The translations under genes were made by a program, and so were the position numbers. This document shows, one piece after another, positions 13,525 through 46,613 of a stretch of 46,670 nt of DNA (the stretch's first letter is position 1; each line of letters opens with the position of its first letter). Under the pieces are notes generated by a model, which saw nothing but the letters and a program-made list of their open reading frames with translations, was not told the DNA's origin and made no database searches. The stretch is from Choristocarpus tenellus KU-1152 (taxonomy: Eukaryota; Protista; Phaeophyceae), in contig CAXNAD020000019.1 in NCBI GenBank assembly GCA_964200185.2, forward strand, positions 1-46,670. Direction: 5' to 3'.

Positions 13525-13786
13525 TATAATAATATGTACATGTGAAGTAACTACATTAGTACCGTATATATAAAAATAGGATATCTATGTATACTATACT
13601 ATAACAAAGTAAGTAATAGTATTAAGACTTTTTATCAAAAGTTTCCAAGGGTTGTTTCGTTTGTAGTATACAATAAAAAATAAGAGTATGCAAAAGAGCC
13701 AGTCACAAACCACATAAACATTTTCAAGTGTACTACTATCCGAACATGGTCCTCTTTCCTGGATCTGGTGGGTCGTTCTTGCTTCG

Positions 13787-32953
<19,167 letters not shown>

Positions 32954-34656
32954 TTGGAGCAACACGTTGCTTGCTCTTGCTAACACAGCCAATTGGAAGT
33001 CACAAAAATTTGCTACGATATGCAACGTACACATAGGCCTTCTCAATCTGAGGACCTTTTGACACAGTGTCACAGTTGCTGGAGCAGGGAGGGATGAAAC
33101 ATTGTGGACTAGTCTAGATTACTTGTACAGATGTTGATAGATTATGGGTGACTTTTGCCAGTGTTGTTCAGTTTACAAATGGGGAAAATGTAATGTGGGG
33201 GCTTGACCTATGGGTGCTGCAAAGCTGGTAGTGCTTCTCTCTATGTTATAGCTCCATTAAGAGTACTTGGTGTTCAGGTTGCCATGTTTACTGCCAATAT
33301 AGAATTCAAATTGTCACATAAAATTGATTCAGCCCCTCTGTATTATTGATGGCCTCATTGAGAGATAATACATTTTCACATCAAGCTTTGATGCAGGCCA
33401 CACAGGATATTTTCTGGTGTTGAGGTATTCCCAACTGGAGGACCAAATTTGAAACATCACATGTGTTTGACCTAAGAGGTACTCAGAATTTTGTCATACT
33501 GCAGCCATGAAACCTACTTCAAGAGTGGTATCTACTACACAATATTGTGGGATCCTGTCACATTTGCTCAGATAAGAGTGCTTCTTAGTTGCTAGTTTGT
33601 TTTTCCATATACCATGGAGTTATGTGAAGTACTTATGTTAGGTTGGGTGTGAACATTGTGTTCAGTGGTAATTGTTTGTGGTGTGATGAGGGTTCAACCT
33701 GACAGTTTGGTCCTATGTTCATTAATTTGGTGATGAATAGCACTTGACCATAGAGATGGGTGTACTCTGATTCTTATTCCTTCGTGCTGGTGCTAACAAG
33801 AGCTGTCTTCAAGCCAAGCAAATCTTGAAACTGATCCATTGTTCTTTCCACAAGAATCAATAGAGAGTGCTTGGAACATAAGCTACGTAGACACAGTGGA
33901 GATCCAGTAGACTGGGACCTGAATCCCTTGTGTTACATTTGTTGTTGCGTGCATTTGACACATTAGACACTCAAGTTTAGGGTTAGGGTTAGTGAAGTTT
34001 AACACCATGTCTTTTACAACAGGGTCTATAGAGGTCTGATTTAAAGTATAATGTTTAAGGGTAAGAAAGCAAATACAACTTTTTGAATAGCAAATAGCAG
34101 CTTGTAAGTTAGAATTGGTCCGTTGACCCAACATTCGTGCAAGGTTTGACATCCCATGACCAAATGATCCTTCATCTTATTTAAGCTGATACCATGTACA
34201 CCATAGTATTTTATGTTTGTTATGTATGGAGTAGCTTTTTTTTCAAGATGTTGACAAGAATTAGGGTCAGGATTTTAATTCAAATCATGTTGCATCAATA
34301 TTCAATACTACAGTACTTGAAACTAGATAAAAGTGATCTTTGTGTTTGCTCTATAATTTTATCCCAGTTGTCTGCACACAACTCAGGACTTGTGTTCAGA
34401 TCAACCCACTGGTCTCACCATAGCCATTCCTTAATCCAATCAAGCACAGGTGTGATGTTACATAGACTACAAACAATGTACCCCCTGTTTTACCTGGAGC
34501 TCTTCTGTCAAGGTTTTGGGGATAGGAATGCTTCTCATATTCATATTCTAACAATTTGAAAGTCACCAATGTCAATTAACCTCCACCCTCTCTTAACTTG
34601 AAGAGGGGCAGGGCTTCCATAACCTAATCCCTCACCTCTTGCAACACAGCATCTTC

Positions 34657-37192
34657 TGAGCTCAGAGCCGTTCATTGAAACCCAGAGTGACATTGCAAAG
34701 AAATTGGATATTTTTTGGACTTGAGTTACTTGGACTAAAATGAAATTTGCTCATGTATACTGTAGTTAATCACTGGTGGGGAGCTAGTTGAAATGAGGTG
34801 TGCTAGCACCATACCATCCATGCATGTGTGCTCATTGTTGTCATTTGGAGGTTGATAAAGACCACTATGTGACTGTCATACTGTACCTGCCACACACTCT
34901 GTCGTTGCATTGACTGGTGTGTCAGAGTATATATGATGAAGACTCCGACAGATAGGAAATGGTAAAAAAAACATTGTGTTCCTTTTCCAAAAACAAAACT
35001 CTCAACACTATAGAAATTAGCACAGTTATCATCTTCCCAAAAGATTGCATTCAGGATGAAAAGACCTGTTTCAGTTATCAAAACCTTCATCCACTAAATT
35101 CGTTGTTTCCTACTCTATATTGAAGGTTTCAAAGAGTTTAGAAATTGTTCCAAAAATGCTTGTCACTATTCACTATTCTCGCCTCCAGTAATGTTCACCT
35201 TGTTAATTTACGAACATGCCACTCACACCACCAAAACGCTTTATTAACATGACATGGATGCATTTGGGAAGGCTATGTGAAGTGTATTCCTTGGCTGCCT
35301 ATGCAGTCAGTGGTTCCTCACTGTCACTGTGGTCAGTAATGGGTCAGAGGAGATTTGATGCTGGAATGAAGAAGGTTGGACAAAAATATATGATTCATGG
35401 TTAAAAGATTATATGAGAAAAATACTTACCAAATTTTCAACTGTGATTTTTTTGTTATAAAAATTCTTCCAGATAACAAATTGTCAGCAAAAATTTGTGT
35501 TCCTATTCCAAAAAAAACTCAATTCTCCAAAAATCGACACAATTGTAATCTTTCCAAAAGATGTGCTTTTCAGGGACGCAACCAATTCCTAGAAAACTCT
35601 TCATCCACTAAATTTACTGCATACTCTATATTATAGATGTCAACGGATGTTTCATGGTTTATGAATGCCTTTTTTTTTAATTCATTCATTATTCTCCTCT
35701 TCAGAATTTTTCACCCTTTTGAAGTTCACCTTGAACATAGGGACGAAAACACCACCACAGCACCTCATTAGGGACCAAGCATTTTTGGAACTATTTCTAA
35801 ACTCTTTGAAATTGTTAGTGCAGGGCAGCAAACAATGAAATTAATTTATGAAGAGGTTATTAAGAACTGGAACGTCTTTTCCAAGATTTTTCACCAAGCC
35901 AGCATTTTAAAATAGTCCCCTCCACTGCCTGAACTGGTCCCACAACCTGTACAAGTCCATATCCACTATTGTACCAGTCCATGTCCACAGGCTGGTCAGT
36001 CGAGCTTTTTCCTAGCATGTCCAGATCATGGCCACCAACCACTCTTAACTTTTTTCTGGCATGTCCAGATCATGTCCACTAGGTGCTGTACTAGTCCATG
36101 ATGAAAAATGTGTACTACATGTCAGAGGTTTAGTCTAGTCATGATCCAGTGGTATGTGCATATAGATGAGACTCAAATCTTCTTGGTTTGAAATCATGCA
36201 AAGAACACATGTGTATTGTATGTATGTGTAGTGAGAATGTTAAGAGGTATTAGTGCATGTATTTCTTTGATTTAGATATTTTCATGTTTAACCCTTGACC
36301 AGTGAGGAGTGTATGGTGTCAGAAATTAGATATTCAAGTCATGAATCACCTCATCCAACTGAACAGCATACAATGAAGCAATCATGCGCTTAAATTCAAT
36401 TGATAATATTCAGTCTCCTAGATAGTAACAAAGAAAATGATACAGAAATTTCAATGTGCAATATGTTTTATATTTAGTACTTACACTAGCAATATAGGAT
36501 ACAAGATATGGCTGCAGTGAACAGAAAATAGAGAGGCATGGACATGGTATGATGTGTCTGGTCCAAGTGCTAAAAGCGTATTCTCTGATTGGCCAAGCCT
36601 ATGGCCATCGCTACTCAACATGACTGGGGCTGCCAGCTGGCCATGTACAACCAAGTTGGAACATGGCCGAGTCCATGACTATCGACAGTTTCAACATGGC
36701 TGAGCCACAGGCCAGCCTGTGGCCATATAACCAGCAGTGAACAAGCTAACTAACTGCCTAACCCAGTGAAAAGCCCTGGTCTTTTCATCCTGAATGCAAT
36801 CTTTTGGGAAGATGATAACTGTGCTAATTTCTATAGTGTTGAGAGTTTTGTTTTTGGAAAAGGAACACAAAGTTTTTTTTACCACTTTCATCTGTCAGAA
36901 TCTTCATCATATATACTCTGACACACCAGTCACTGCAATGACAGAGTGTGGCAGGTACAGTATGACAGTCACATAGTGGTCTTTATCAGCCTTCAAATGA
37001 CAACAATGAGCACACATGCATGGATGGTATGGTGCTAGAACGCCCCATTTCAACTAGCTCCCCACCAGCAATTAACTACAGTATACATAAGCAAATTTCA
37101 TTTTAGTCCAATCTCTTAAGTAAATCAAGCCCAAAAATATTTAAATTTCTTTGTCATGTCCCTCTAGGTTTCAATGAGCAACTCTGAACTCA
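34657..37192. repeat. ~2.5-kb foldback structure with ~410-bp inverted arms (34657-35066 and 36778-37192)
   Basis: For example gattgcattcaggatgaaaagacc (35043-35066) is the reverse complement of 36778-36801. Similarity continues outward to tgagctcagagccgttcattgaaaccc versus its reverse complement near 37165-37192. Confidence 0.9.
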
Positions 37193-37984
37193 AACTATTT
37201 TGTTTAATCTTCATTACAATTATCTAAAAATAGTAACATTCATAGTTACACTTACCAAGGAACTACTACACTGTGGTATGTTCAGTCTCTCACACCTGCT
37301 GGCCGTCTCATGTCTCAGATCTCATGTCTCGTTTGTTCTAACAGCATTATACTGCAACTGTTCTACAACACTCTGTACTAGTAGAAAAATAGTGACTGTA
37401 CCTCTTTAGTGCCACCGTGGTCCAAACAGGATAATGTCCAAACAGGATAATGAGGTGATACCCAAGCTAAAAAGTGGATGTATGATGTAAAGCGACACAG
37501 AGGCAGAGAGCAAAAAACATCAAAATCTTTATCAACAACCAATCATATCACAAAAGGATGCACACATAACCCTGGTACTGCTCTCTCTCCCTAGTGTGCC
37601 AAGGCTACACTGATCACACTGATCACACTGATCACACCACACCCTCTCATTTCTCGCACATCTTGTCTCTCTCTCTGTTGTACACACACAAGCTGTGACA
37701 CAAGCTGTGAGCAGGCTGGCCAGTCCAAAAAAAAAAAGGATTCAAATCTATTTTTATCCTTCGGTCACCGTTTTTAAAAAAAAAAAAATTCCACTCATCC
37801 AAAAAGAAAAGGATAACACAGAGCAAATATAGACTAAGACCAGCTCTCTTGATAGTCAGCAGCTGTCTCTATTGCAATTGAGGAGGTAAGTTCTGTCAAT
37901 GCAAATCACAAAACAGCACAAAACAATATTCAAGGTGTTCTGATCATTTTTTAACTAGACAATCCATGTGCAGTGACTACGGCC

Positions 37985-40900
37985 TCACAGGACAAATGAT
38001 TCGATTGTGGCATCTGAGGTGTACTGGTTCTTGATACTTGGATCTACTGCCGTAAGTATCTTCCTAACAGTCTGCTGTGACTCGAGTGCCTTGACTGCAA
38101 GATCTGCCACGTCTGCCCGGTGGATGACGCCTGCACCTTTTGTGTCCTCTGTAAGAACTGCATTGCCAGTAGCATCTGCAGTGATCAGCCCCCCCGGGCG
38201 AATAATTGTCCATTCTGAGTTAGTGTAGTACTTGAGGAGCATGTTCTCTGCCTTGGTCTTGGCAACCAATGCATCCTCCAGAACCTGTGACCAGAGTGTC
38301 AAGGGAAGTCAAGAGAAGTCAAGGGTCAAAAACAAATCCTTCCACACACATTCCAGTCATAGACCACTAGACAACTAGACGACTTACTTGTCTGTACAAA
38401 ACTGTTCTTAGACAAAACAACAGTAAACACTAGCACTAAGCAACAGTTTACAAAAAATAAAAATATTAGATAAAAAGAATACGAAAGACCAATCAAAACA
38501 TACAATTTCACCTTCACTCATTTACCTCTAATCCTCATTGGTCAAGTCACACTTAATTCTGCCCAGTTAGGTTTTTTCTGATCCTATCCTCTCCCTACCT
38601 CGGGAGGTTGAATGACTGCACAAACTTTTGCCCACCAGCACTTTGTAGTATTATGACCCATTGCTCAAGACTATGTTATACTATGTTAAATTTACCCATT
38701 ACGCCACATTATGGAAGACTAACTTCTGCGGGGTTTTTTCAACAGATGATCCCACTCTCTTTTGATTCAACTTGATTCAACAGATGATGCCACTCTCTTT
38801 TGATTCAACAGATGTGCAAAAAATATCTGTACATCAGCTGTGCAATGACGCTACATGTCTGTCAGGTGCTGCTGCAGCAAGAACAGGATCAGTTCAGATG
38901 CAAAAATACAACACATGCTCACATGCTAAACATTTTGCCATAAATACAAGGTAATTTTGATGCCATACATGAGGATCATAAAGGACTCCTTCACTCAACT
39001 TCAGACAACTACCCCCCAAACCAAAATAATACAACCTCCTGACCCAGCAGAGATAGATGCCCCAGTTTGATTACTTCAACCGAATATTGAAAATTGAATG
39101 GAAGCTGTGACTAACAAATCCCCCCAAATCAAGCACATCCCCCCAAGAAATGGGGGTATTGAACAATAAACACGTTGACATACTAGCAAAAAAAGCAATG
39201 ATGCAACTCTTGAATCACCTTTACTGTGGTTGTCAGAGATGATCATTGTTCAGTGGGAGTTTTTGTTTCTTCAATTGTTGTGTGCTATTTGGTAAAATGT
39301 CAATACTTGGTGTACAATTTCATAAAATGTCTTAACCAATGAGAATGATAGAGAGACAAGTTAGATAAGACAGCCGAACATAGTAATGTAATATGGAACA
39401 GTTCAAAATACTGTTTATCCGAGCTCTGTCTGCACAAATTTCTAGCACCAGCATTTACCCCTAAAAACACGGAAGCTGTTGTAAATTTTATGTATGTACT
39501 ACAGAGGAAAAAATCAGTCAAGATCTTGACACATTCTCAACAAATTAACAACACAAGTCCCATGAAAGATCTGCTCCACAAGTGACCTTTCACATCGACC
39601 TTCAATGTGCAAGTTCTAGTACTGTAAAACAGCACCACATGATGTCATATCTCAGAATAATTAAAAAAAAGAGATGACAAAGTTCACTATGTGACAGTGC
39701 ATAGCCACAAGACCTTTTCCTACGCATATATAATTTTGCAAGGACATTGGAGACATTCAGACAGAGTGAGGATTCCGTCCATGTGATCTTGGCGGCATTG
39801 TCAACTCAAAAATTTACCAATTCAGACACAGACCACGCATAGGACTGACTACAGAAGTTCTTTTGCAGATAATAGTACCATATAGTACGTTTTAGTAGAG
39901 TATTTCCAACTCTATACTGGATTGTCTATCCCTATCAGAACAAGGAACGAAGAGCATGGAAAGATTTCGCACAAGGATAAATATAAAATGCTAATTTTCA
40001 AGGATAAGGAGAAATATGTTACTTTTGATATCGATATGTTACTTTTGGTATCGACACCAAAGGCAAAGAACAACACATCCCGACACTCAAAACAAAATAG
40101 TCACATTCTAAGTCAATGTGGGGCTGGCAAGAATGAGAAGATGCTTGCCCTAGAATAATGGTTTACGAGTCGAGGAATACGCCTCGAAGCGTGATTCCAT
40201 CAAATCTGTACATGATATACTCTATCATGCCCTCCTTGACTTCTTATCCAAGAAACTACAGATGTAGTGGTTTGTAGTCCTTGTGCTGTTGGGACTAGTT
40301 CTCCCGCGGGGTGGATGATGGTCGCACTTGACAAAACTTCGAAGATACCATTAAGACTAACGTACCTTGTATACTTCGTCGCTGATGGCCTCTCGACTGC
40401 TCCCACATCCCACACTTGTGACCATGACCAACCGCGTAACTCCCAGAATTCCAGCTGATTCAATCACGTTACGGTTGCCAGTGTAGTCCACTCGCTCAGA
40501 CCCTTCCCCCCCGCCCAATGTCGTGATAGCTGCATCACAGCCGTCGATAGCACCTTCAACAGCTTTGAGATCCAGGGCATCTGCAACAACAGCCGTGACA
40601 CCTTCAAGATTGCAGGTATAGATGGGAGGAGATTTGATAGTGCTCAAAAAGTGAGAAGAGGTGATCATGTACCATTTCGAGGTGTTGGCAAACAATCACG
40701 CTTGGGGAATTCTGCTTGATATTGAGGCTGAAACACCTAACTTGGTGATACGAGAACTCGAAAAATGAATGATCAGATTCCCACGTCCTTCAAGTTTGGT
40801 CCGTCATGAACAACTCCTGGCTAACACTCACCTTTGATAGCCTCGAGTTCTGTCTTAGCCTCTTCCTTGCGCACCAGGGCGACCACTTCTGATCCCTGAC

Positions 40901-41293
40901 CAAGAAGCTTATCAATAATGACCCTCCCAACCCCCTTTGTCCCACCGGCGACGAAAACCTTGCCGTAGACCATTTCGATGCCCCTCGTAGACGATCTTAC
41001 ACTAGCATGTTGTTTCACAGAGAAAACTGACCTGAGAAACATGAGCACACCATTCTACGTTAGGACACCTGAAACTTACAAGTGCGCTCAAAAATGACCA
41101 GTGATGGATTTAATGCGCAGATCAAGATAAGCATTTGCAACAGTAACTGTTGGACAGCCTGTCCGCATGACAGGTACCTCCAACATTGATAAGACTGGTC
41201 TAAGTTACAGTCAGCTCACCTGCTGAGTGGTGACACAAAGGCATCAGCCGTCCCGAGGCCCAGAAATGCCGTGCAAACAGCTCGGCAGCGCAT
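37985..41293 (-). CDS. Plastid-targeted NAD(P)H-binding protein (atypical SDR, NAD_binding_10 / Tic62-NAD(P)-related), 269 aa
   Basis: Exons 41293-41220, 41031-40832, 40601-40366 and 38284-37985 have GT-AG boundaries and consistent phases (810 nt). Features are the Rossmann motif VFVAGGTKGVG, VDYTGNRNVIESA, LVMVTSVG, KTKAE and WTIIRPGGL, IHRADVA. The N-terminus MRCRAVCTAFLGLGTADA|FVSP resembles a signal peptide plus ASAFAP motif. Confidence 0.9.
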
Positions 41294-41510
41294 TTCTTGC
41301 TGTGGGGGGTGTTGTCCCTTATAGTTGATGGTCCTAAGGAGTGAGAGAGATTAGGTGCTCATGATTTTCTGTATGTTTTTTCTTTTCAGCTTAGACTCTA
41401 CAAATGGTTAACTCAATAGAAGTAGTATAGTGGCAGTAAACATTTCATTTCAATAATGGAGGTTAGTTGTATCTCCTTGTTACTACTTGTTGATGTGAAA
41501 TTGATTGGGA
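41294..41510. promoter_or_regulatory. Putative bidirectional promoter/5'UTR region between the two divergent genes
   Basis: Only 217 bp separate the minus-strand ATG (41293) from the plus-strand ATG (41511). The neighbouring coding sequence retains CpG. Confidence 0.6.
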
Positions 41511-42621
<1,111 letters not shown>

Positions 42622-44344
42622 TGCATAAGTATCGTTGACCTCCTCAGTGAGACATGATGGTTCTTCTTGAGGATGGCCGGTTGGATTGTGATCTGTCATG
42701 AATACATCAGTGATCTACCCAGCTGATCAGGGGCGAATCCTTTGCTGTTTGTACTTCAAGCTAACAAAAGTGTTTCGTTTTGGTATTTCAAGGTGTCATA
42801 GAATATCTTCCACTAATATGTTGCATCCCTTTCTCACTTTTGATGTTGGTGTTCAATTTTTTACCGCCTAGGACACAGACACAGTCATAGAGGTGATCCC
42901 ACACTCCGGAGGAAAGCTTTGCCTTACTTGGCTTGATAAGCAGCATTTGGGATACAACTTTCTTCTTTTTTTTACTTCCACCTGAGTTAGGATCTCTCAA
43001 CAATGCTTAGCATGGACTGCGACACAATTCCTGGGGTACTTTTCTACTTGTGTATAGTGAGGAGAGGGGGGGGGGGAAGAGGAACCTATGGATAGATGGA
43101 TATGGATAGTGAGAAGATCTTCAACTGCCAGGGCCCACATTGTTGTGTAGTAGTAGTTGGGACTCAAGGAAAATCAGCAAAAGAAAAAAGAAACAAGAGA
43201 ATTAGAAGAACAACATTCAGTAAAACGTGGTCAGTGGGCATGTGCCCTAATTTACTTGAGCTGATTTTTTCCGTCAAGATACGTGTACATCACACATCAT
43301 GCCTTCAGGATGGCACTAAGTCCATGCAGCACCTGGTTACATCACACATGCATACCACCTATGTTGGATTGTTGCCCTTGTACACCACCCTTTGACTGGG
43401 ATCCCAAACTTCTCAGTGTCTCAAAGTCATCTTGCAGACAAAAAGCACAGTGTGTAGGACAAAATGCACAAGCATTTTAGCTGTTGAGCTTCAAGCCTTA
43501 CTCAGTTCTGCACTAGGTTGGGGAGAGTTCATACATACGAACACCACTGATCCATCATGTTGCCACTGGCACTCCATGTAGTGTATACCTTATAGTTGTT
43601 TCTGCTGTACACAATATGAATCCTTGCAGAGTTGGGAGCACTGGAGGCTGTTCCATATGCTGAGAGCACTACTCTTTCATGCCCGCTAACATTTTGCAGA
43701 TGATGTCATAGACTGGAAAGAAAAACCATACAAGAGAACTCAGAAAACACAACCACAGACTCTGTACCCCAAGTGCTATTGTATGCCACCAGGGAATAAA
43801 GCAGGGTTTCATTTTGTGCCAGGTCACTGATTTTCTCAAGAAATAGGAGATGGGCGATGACTACATACAAAAGGTTGTTGGGTTTGTAGGATAGAATCAG
43901 TTTTCACTAGCAGAATAAGCTGACCTGATGATACTGTTGTTAGTCTCTCTCTCAGCCATAATGTACTCCCCACTCTGCCATCTCTCTATTTTTGGCCTTA
44001 TGGCATTTGACAGCATTTGAAGAGCCGTTGTACATTCATTGGGTGCTATCATATCATGTTGATGTTGTGCCTGTAATATCTTGTTGACTACATTATTTCA
44101 AACTGCACATGGCTCATGTTTCACCTCTAACTTACTTCACTCCACTCACATTCCTTCCATGACAATGGAGGATTACCCCACCTAATTATTATGGTGTGCG
44201 TTGGATCCAATACCTGAGGATTGAGGAGATGCCATGGGGTTGTATGGTAACCCAGGTTAGCCTTATGTAATATTTCCTCGGGTTTTTGTAGGGATTGGTT
44301 GAGTTGTGTCCATTTTCGGGTGGGGGAGTCAAAGGAAAGTCATC

Positions 44345-44403
44345 AAACCTCATTGGTTAAAGGCATGCATTCCTTCAGAGATATGATGGGTTCAAACCCA
44401 CTC
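44345..44403 (+). repeat. Possible degenerate tRNA-derived SINE head
   Basis: An A-box-like cctcattggttaaagg is followed about 20-25 nt later by a B-box-like gggttcaaaccc. No intact cloverleaf is visible. Confidence 0.3.
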
Positions 44404-46053
44404 ATACATGGATATCTTTTATTATGGGAAATCTGTTTTCAATTGATCTAAGTCCAAATGGCAACCACTACAAATAAAATGAGTGTACATGTGCCACGTG
44501 TCATAATACTGCAAAGAGTCAGGACAATTGAAACGACATCACAAGGGTTCACTTCAGCGCAATGTTGAGGCGAGTACTGTACAAGTTTTGACAGAGGAGA
44601 CGGAGTGAAAAGTGATCAAATGACTGGACACAATGCACAAGGCAGAAGTCATGAACAGAGGTGGTGTAATTAATCCTAGTAGTGCAACAGTTTCGTAATG
44701 TAATAAGTTGCGCTTTGAACCACTGGGTGGAATAGTTCACATGCTGAAATGAAGATCAGAACAAAACAAAACACTACAACATAGTACAGTCATTTCTACC
44801 ATGTAATATAGTATAGTATATATAGTACTGGACACAAGAAATCAATCGTCGAAGATTGCAAATTCAAGCATACCATACACCTGTCACAAATTTCTTGAGG
44901 TTTATGTTCTCATTTGATTGGTGATTTGGTGATTTGTGTTCTCATTTGATTCGCCATCAGGGACCAAGGTATTGTTGTTTGTATCACATTAGTGGGGGAC
45001 AACCCCAAACTATGGTCAGAGGTACTACTACTACACACTGCACTACTTCTGATGCTAACAGATGACTATTGTACTATTAATTCAAGTAACTGTATTTCCC
45101 ATTGTCCTGCCTTGCTTCTCACACATTGTTGGGGTAAGCATCGCCATCCATCTCCTCCCTCAAATCTTCTGCTGAACCCTAAGATGTTAAGTATATTAGA
45201 TTGCCCTCCATACATAAGGGGAATTTACTGTACATGGATTTAGCTCTTACTTATGCGTAAGCACGTCAAGACCAGCGAGGAGCAGGTATTTGCTGTCCAC
45301 ACTTGGCTTCAACAGACTAGAGAACCAAAAAACAGGAGGGGTTCCACACCTTGGAGGATATGTAATGTATGGCACCTCCAAATTTGTCTTACCCCACTGG
45401 AGCTTTTCTTACGCCTTACATATATATTGGAGACTCCAGGTCGATGGGCTAAGAAAAAGGGACTTGCCAGATTCTTGGGATTCTTCCCTTATTTCCCGCC
45501 CTCCTTGATAGAGTCCGCTGTTGAAATGTAGCTTGTCTGTTTGTGGTCTATTGTTTTACACTGAAGTTGATATGGCCGATGTGTTGGTCCTTTCTTTGGT
45601 TTTGTTCAATGTATTCTTTATGTGCTCTTTTCTTGTCTCTATTAGGTCTCTATAGGGTCTTGTTGCCTTCTCCCCTTTCTCGTTTTTCCTACATGGCAAT
45701 TGGAACATGTCATTATCATCCCTAGTGACAACATGCAGCTCCTACATATTTAGTAGTTAACACTTTAGGAGTGTTGTTGGATAGTATACTGTACTTACTA
45801 TCTTACAGGAAATGCATTGATTAAATAAAAGGATCGGAAAAATGAGCTTCAAACCAATGCATATTTTTCCCCTTTCAAATCAATACTATTTTTTTTCAGT
45901 ACCATTTTTTTTTTTTTTCCCTTGAACATGATACATATATATATGGTGGGTTGAGCCACACATTCAAACACGCAGCTTGCCCCAGGTGTTATAATCCCAA
46001 GAAAGCAACTAGGTTGAGTTTCACAACTATAGATCAACATATAGTCGCTTCCA

Positions 46054-46199
46054 ATCAGTGGTACATGTCTAGAACCATCAGTGGTACATGTCTAGAACCA
46101 TCAGTGGTACATGTCTAGAACCATCAGTGGTACATGTCTAGAACCATCAGTGGTACATGTCTAGAACCATCAGTGGTACATGTCTAGAACCATCAGTGG
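46054..46199 (+). repeat. Perfect 23-bp minisatellite, 6.3 copies
   Basis: Unit atcagtggtacatgtctagaacc starts at 46054, 46077, 46100, 46123, 46146 and 46169, with a partial copy at 46192. There are no spacers. Confidence 0.98.
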
Positions 46200-46613
46200 A
46201 AATGATAGAGGTACTTGTCTCATGGGTACCCTCCTTATGAAGTCTAGTGGGTGAAGAACTCAACGATCACATTTTTTGAGCTTGATATTGTAATGCCACA
46301 GGTTTGGTTCAAAAGTGCAACCACATATCTCATCACTTTGTCAATGCTGTCCATACTGGCATCCGAAGACTGTCTAGTGAGCAGCAAGCGAGATGTCCCT
46401 GCCTTTTGAGTAAAGAAAGCGGATGTAATCCATGAGTACTGGCAGGCTGTGTTCAATGATATTATGGCCATGCCAGCCTTCTATGAGAGGGGTTACATAA
46501 CAGAAATTCTGTGTTGCACCTATCTGAACATGCGATGCTTCTCAACAGCGGGACTGTGAAAACCCTAACCCTAAGTTGTGATCCATTTAACGGATCATCG
46601 TTGCAGGGAGTGC

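Noticed and set aside
46054-46199. CRISPR-like array of 23-bp partly palindromic repeats
   Set aside because: The units abut with no spacers, there are no cas genes, and the context is eukaryotic. It is a minisatellite.
46244-46471. 75-aa minus-strand ORF near the right end
   Set aside because: No diagnostic motif or supported splice structure; probably a repeat-derived fragment.
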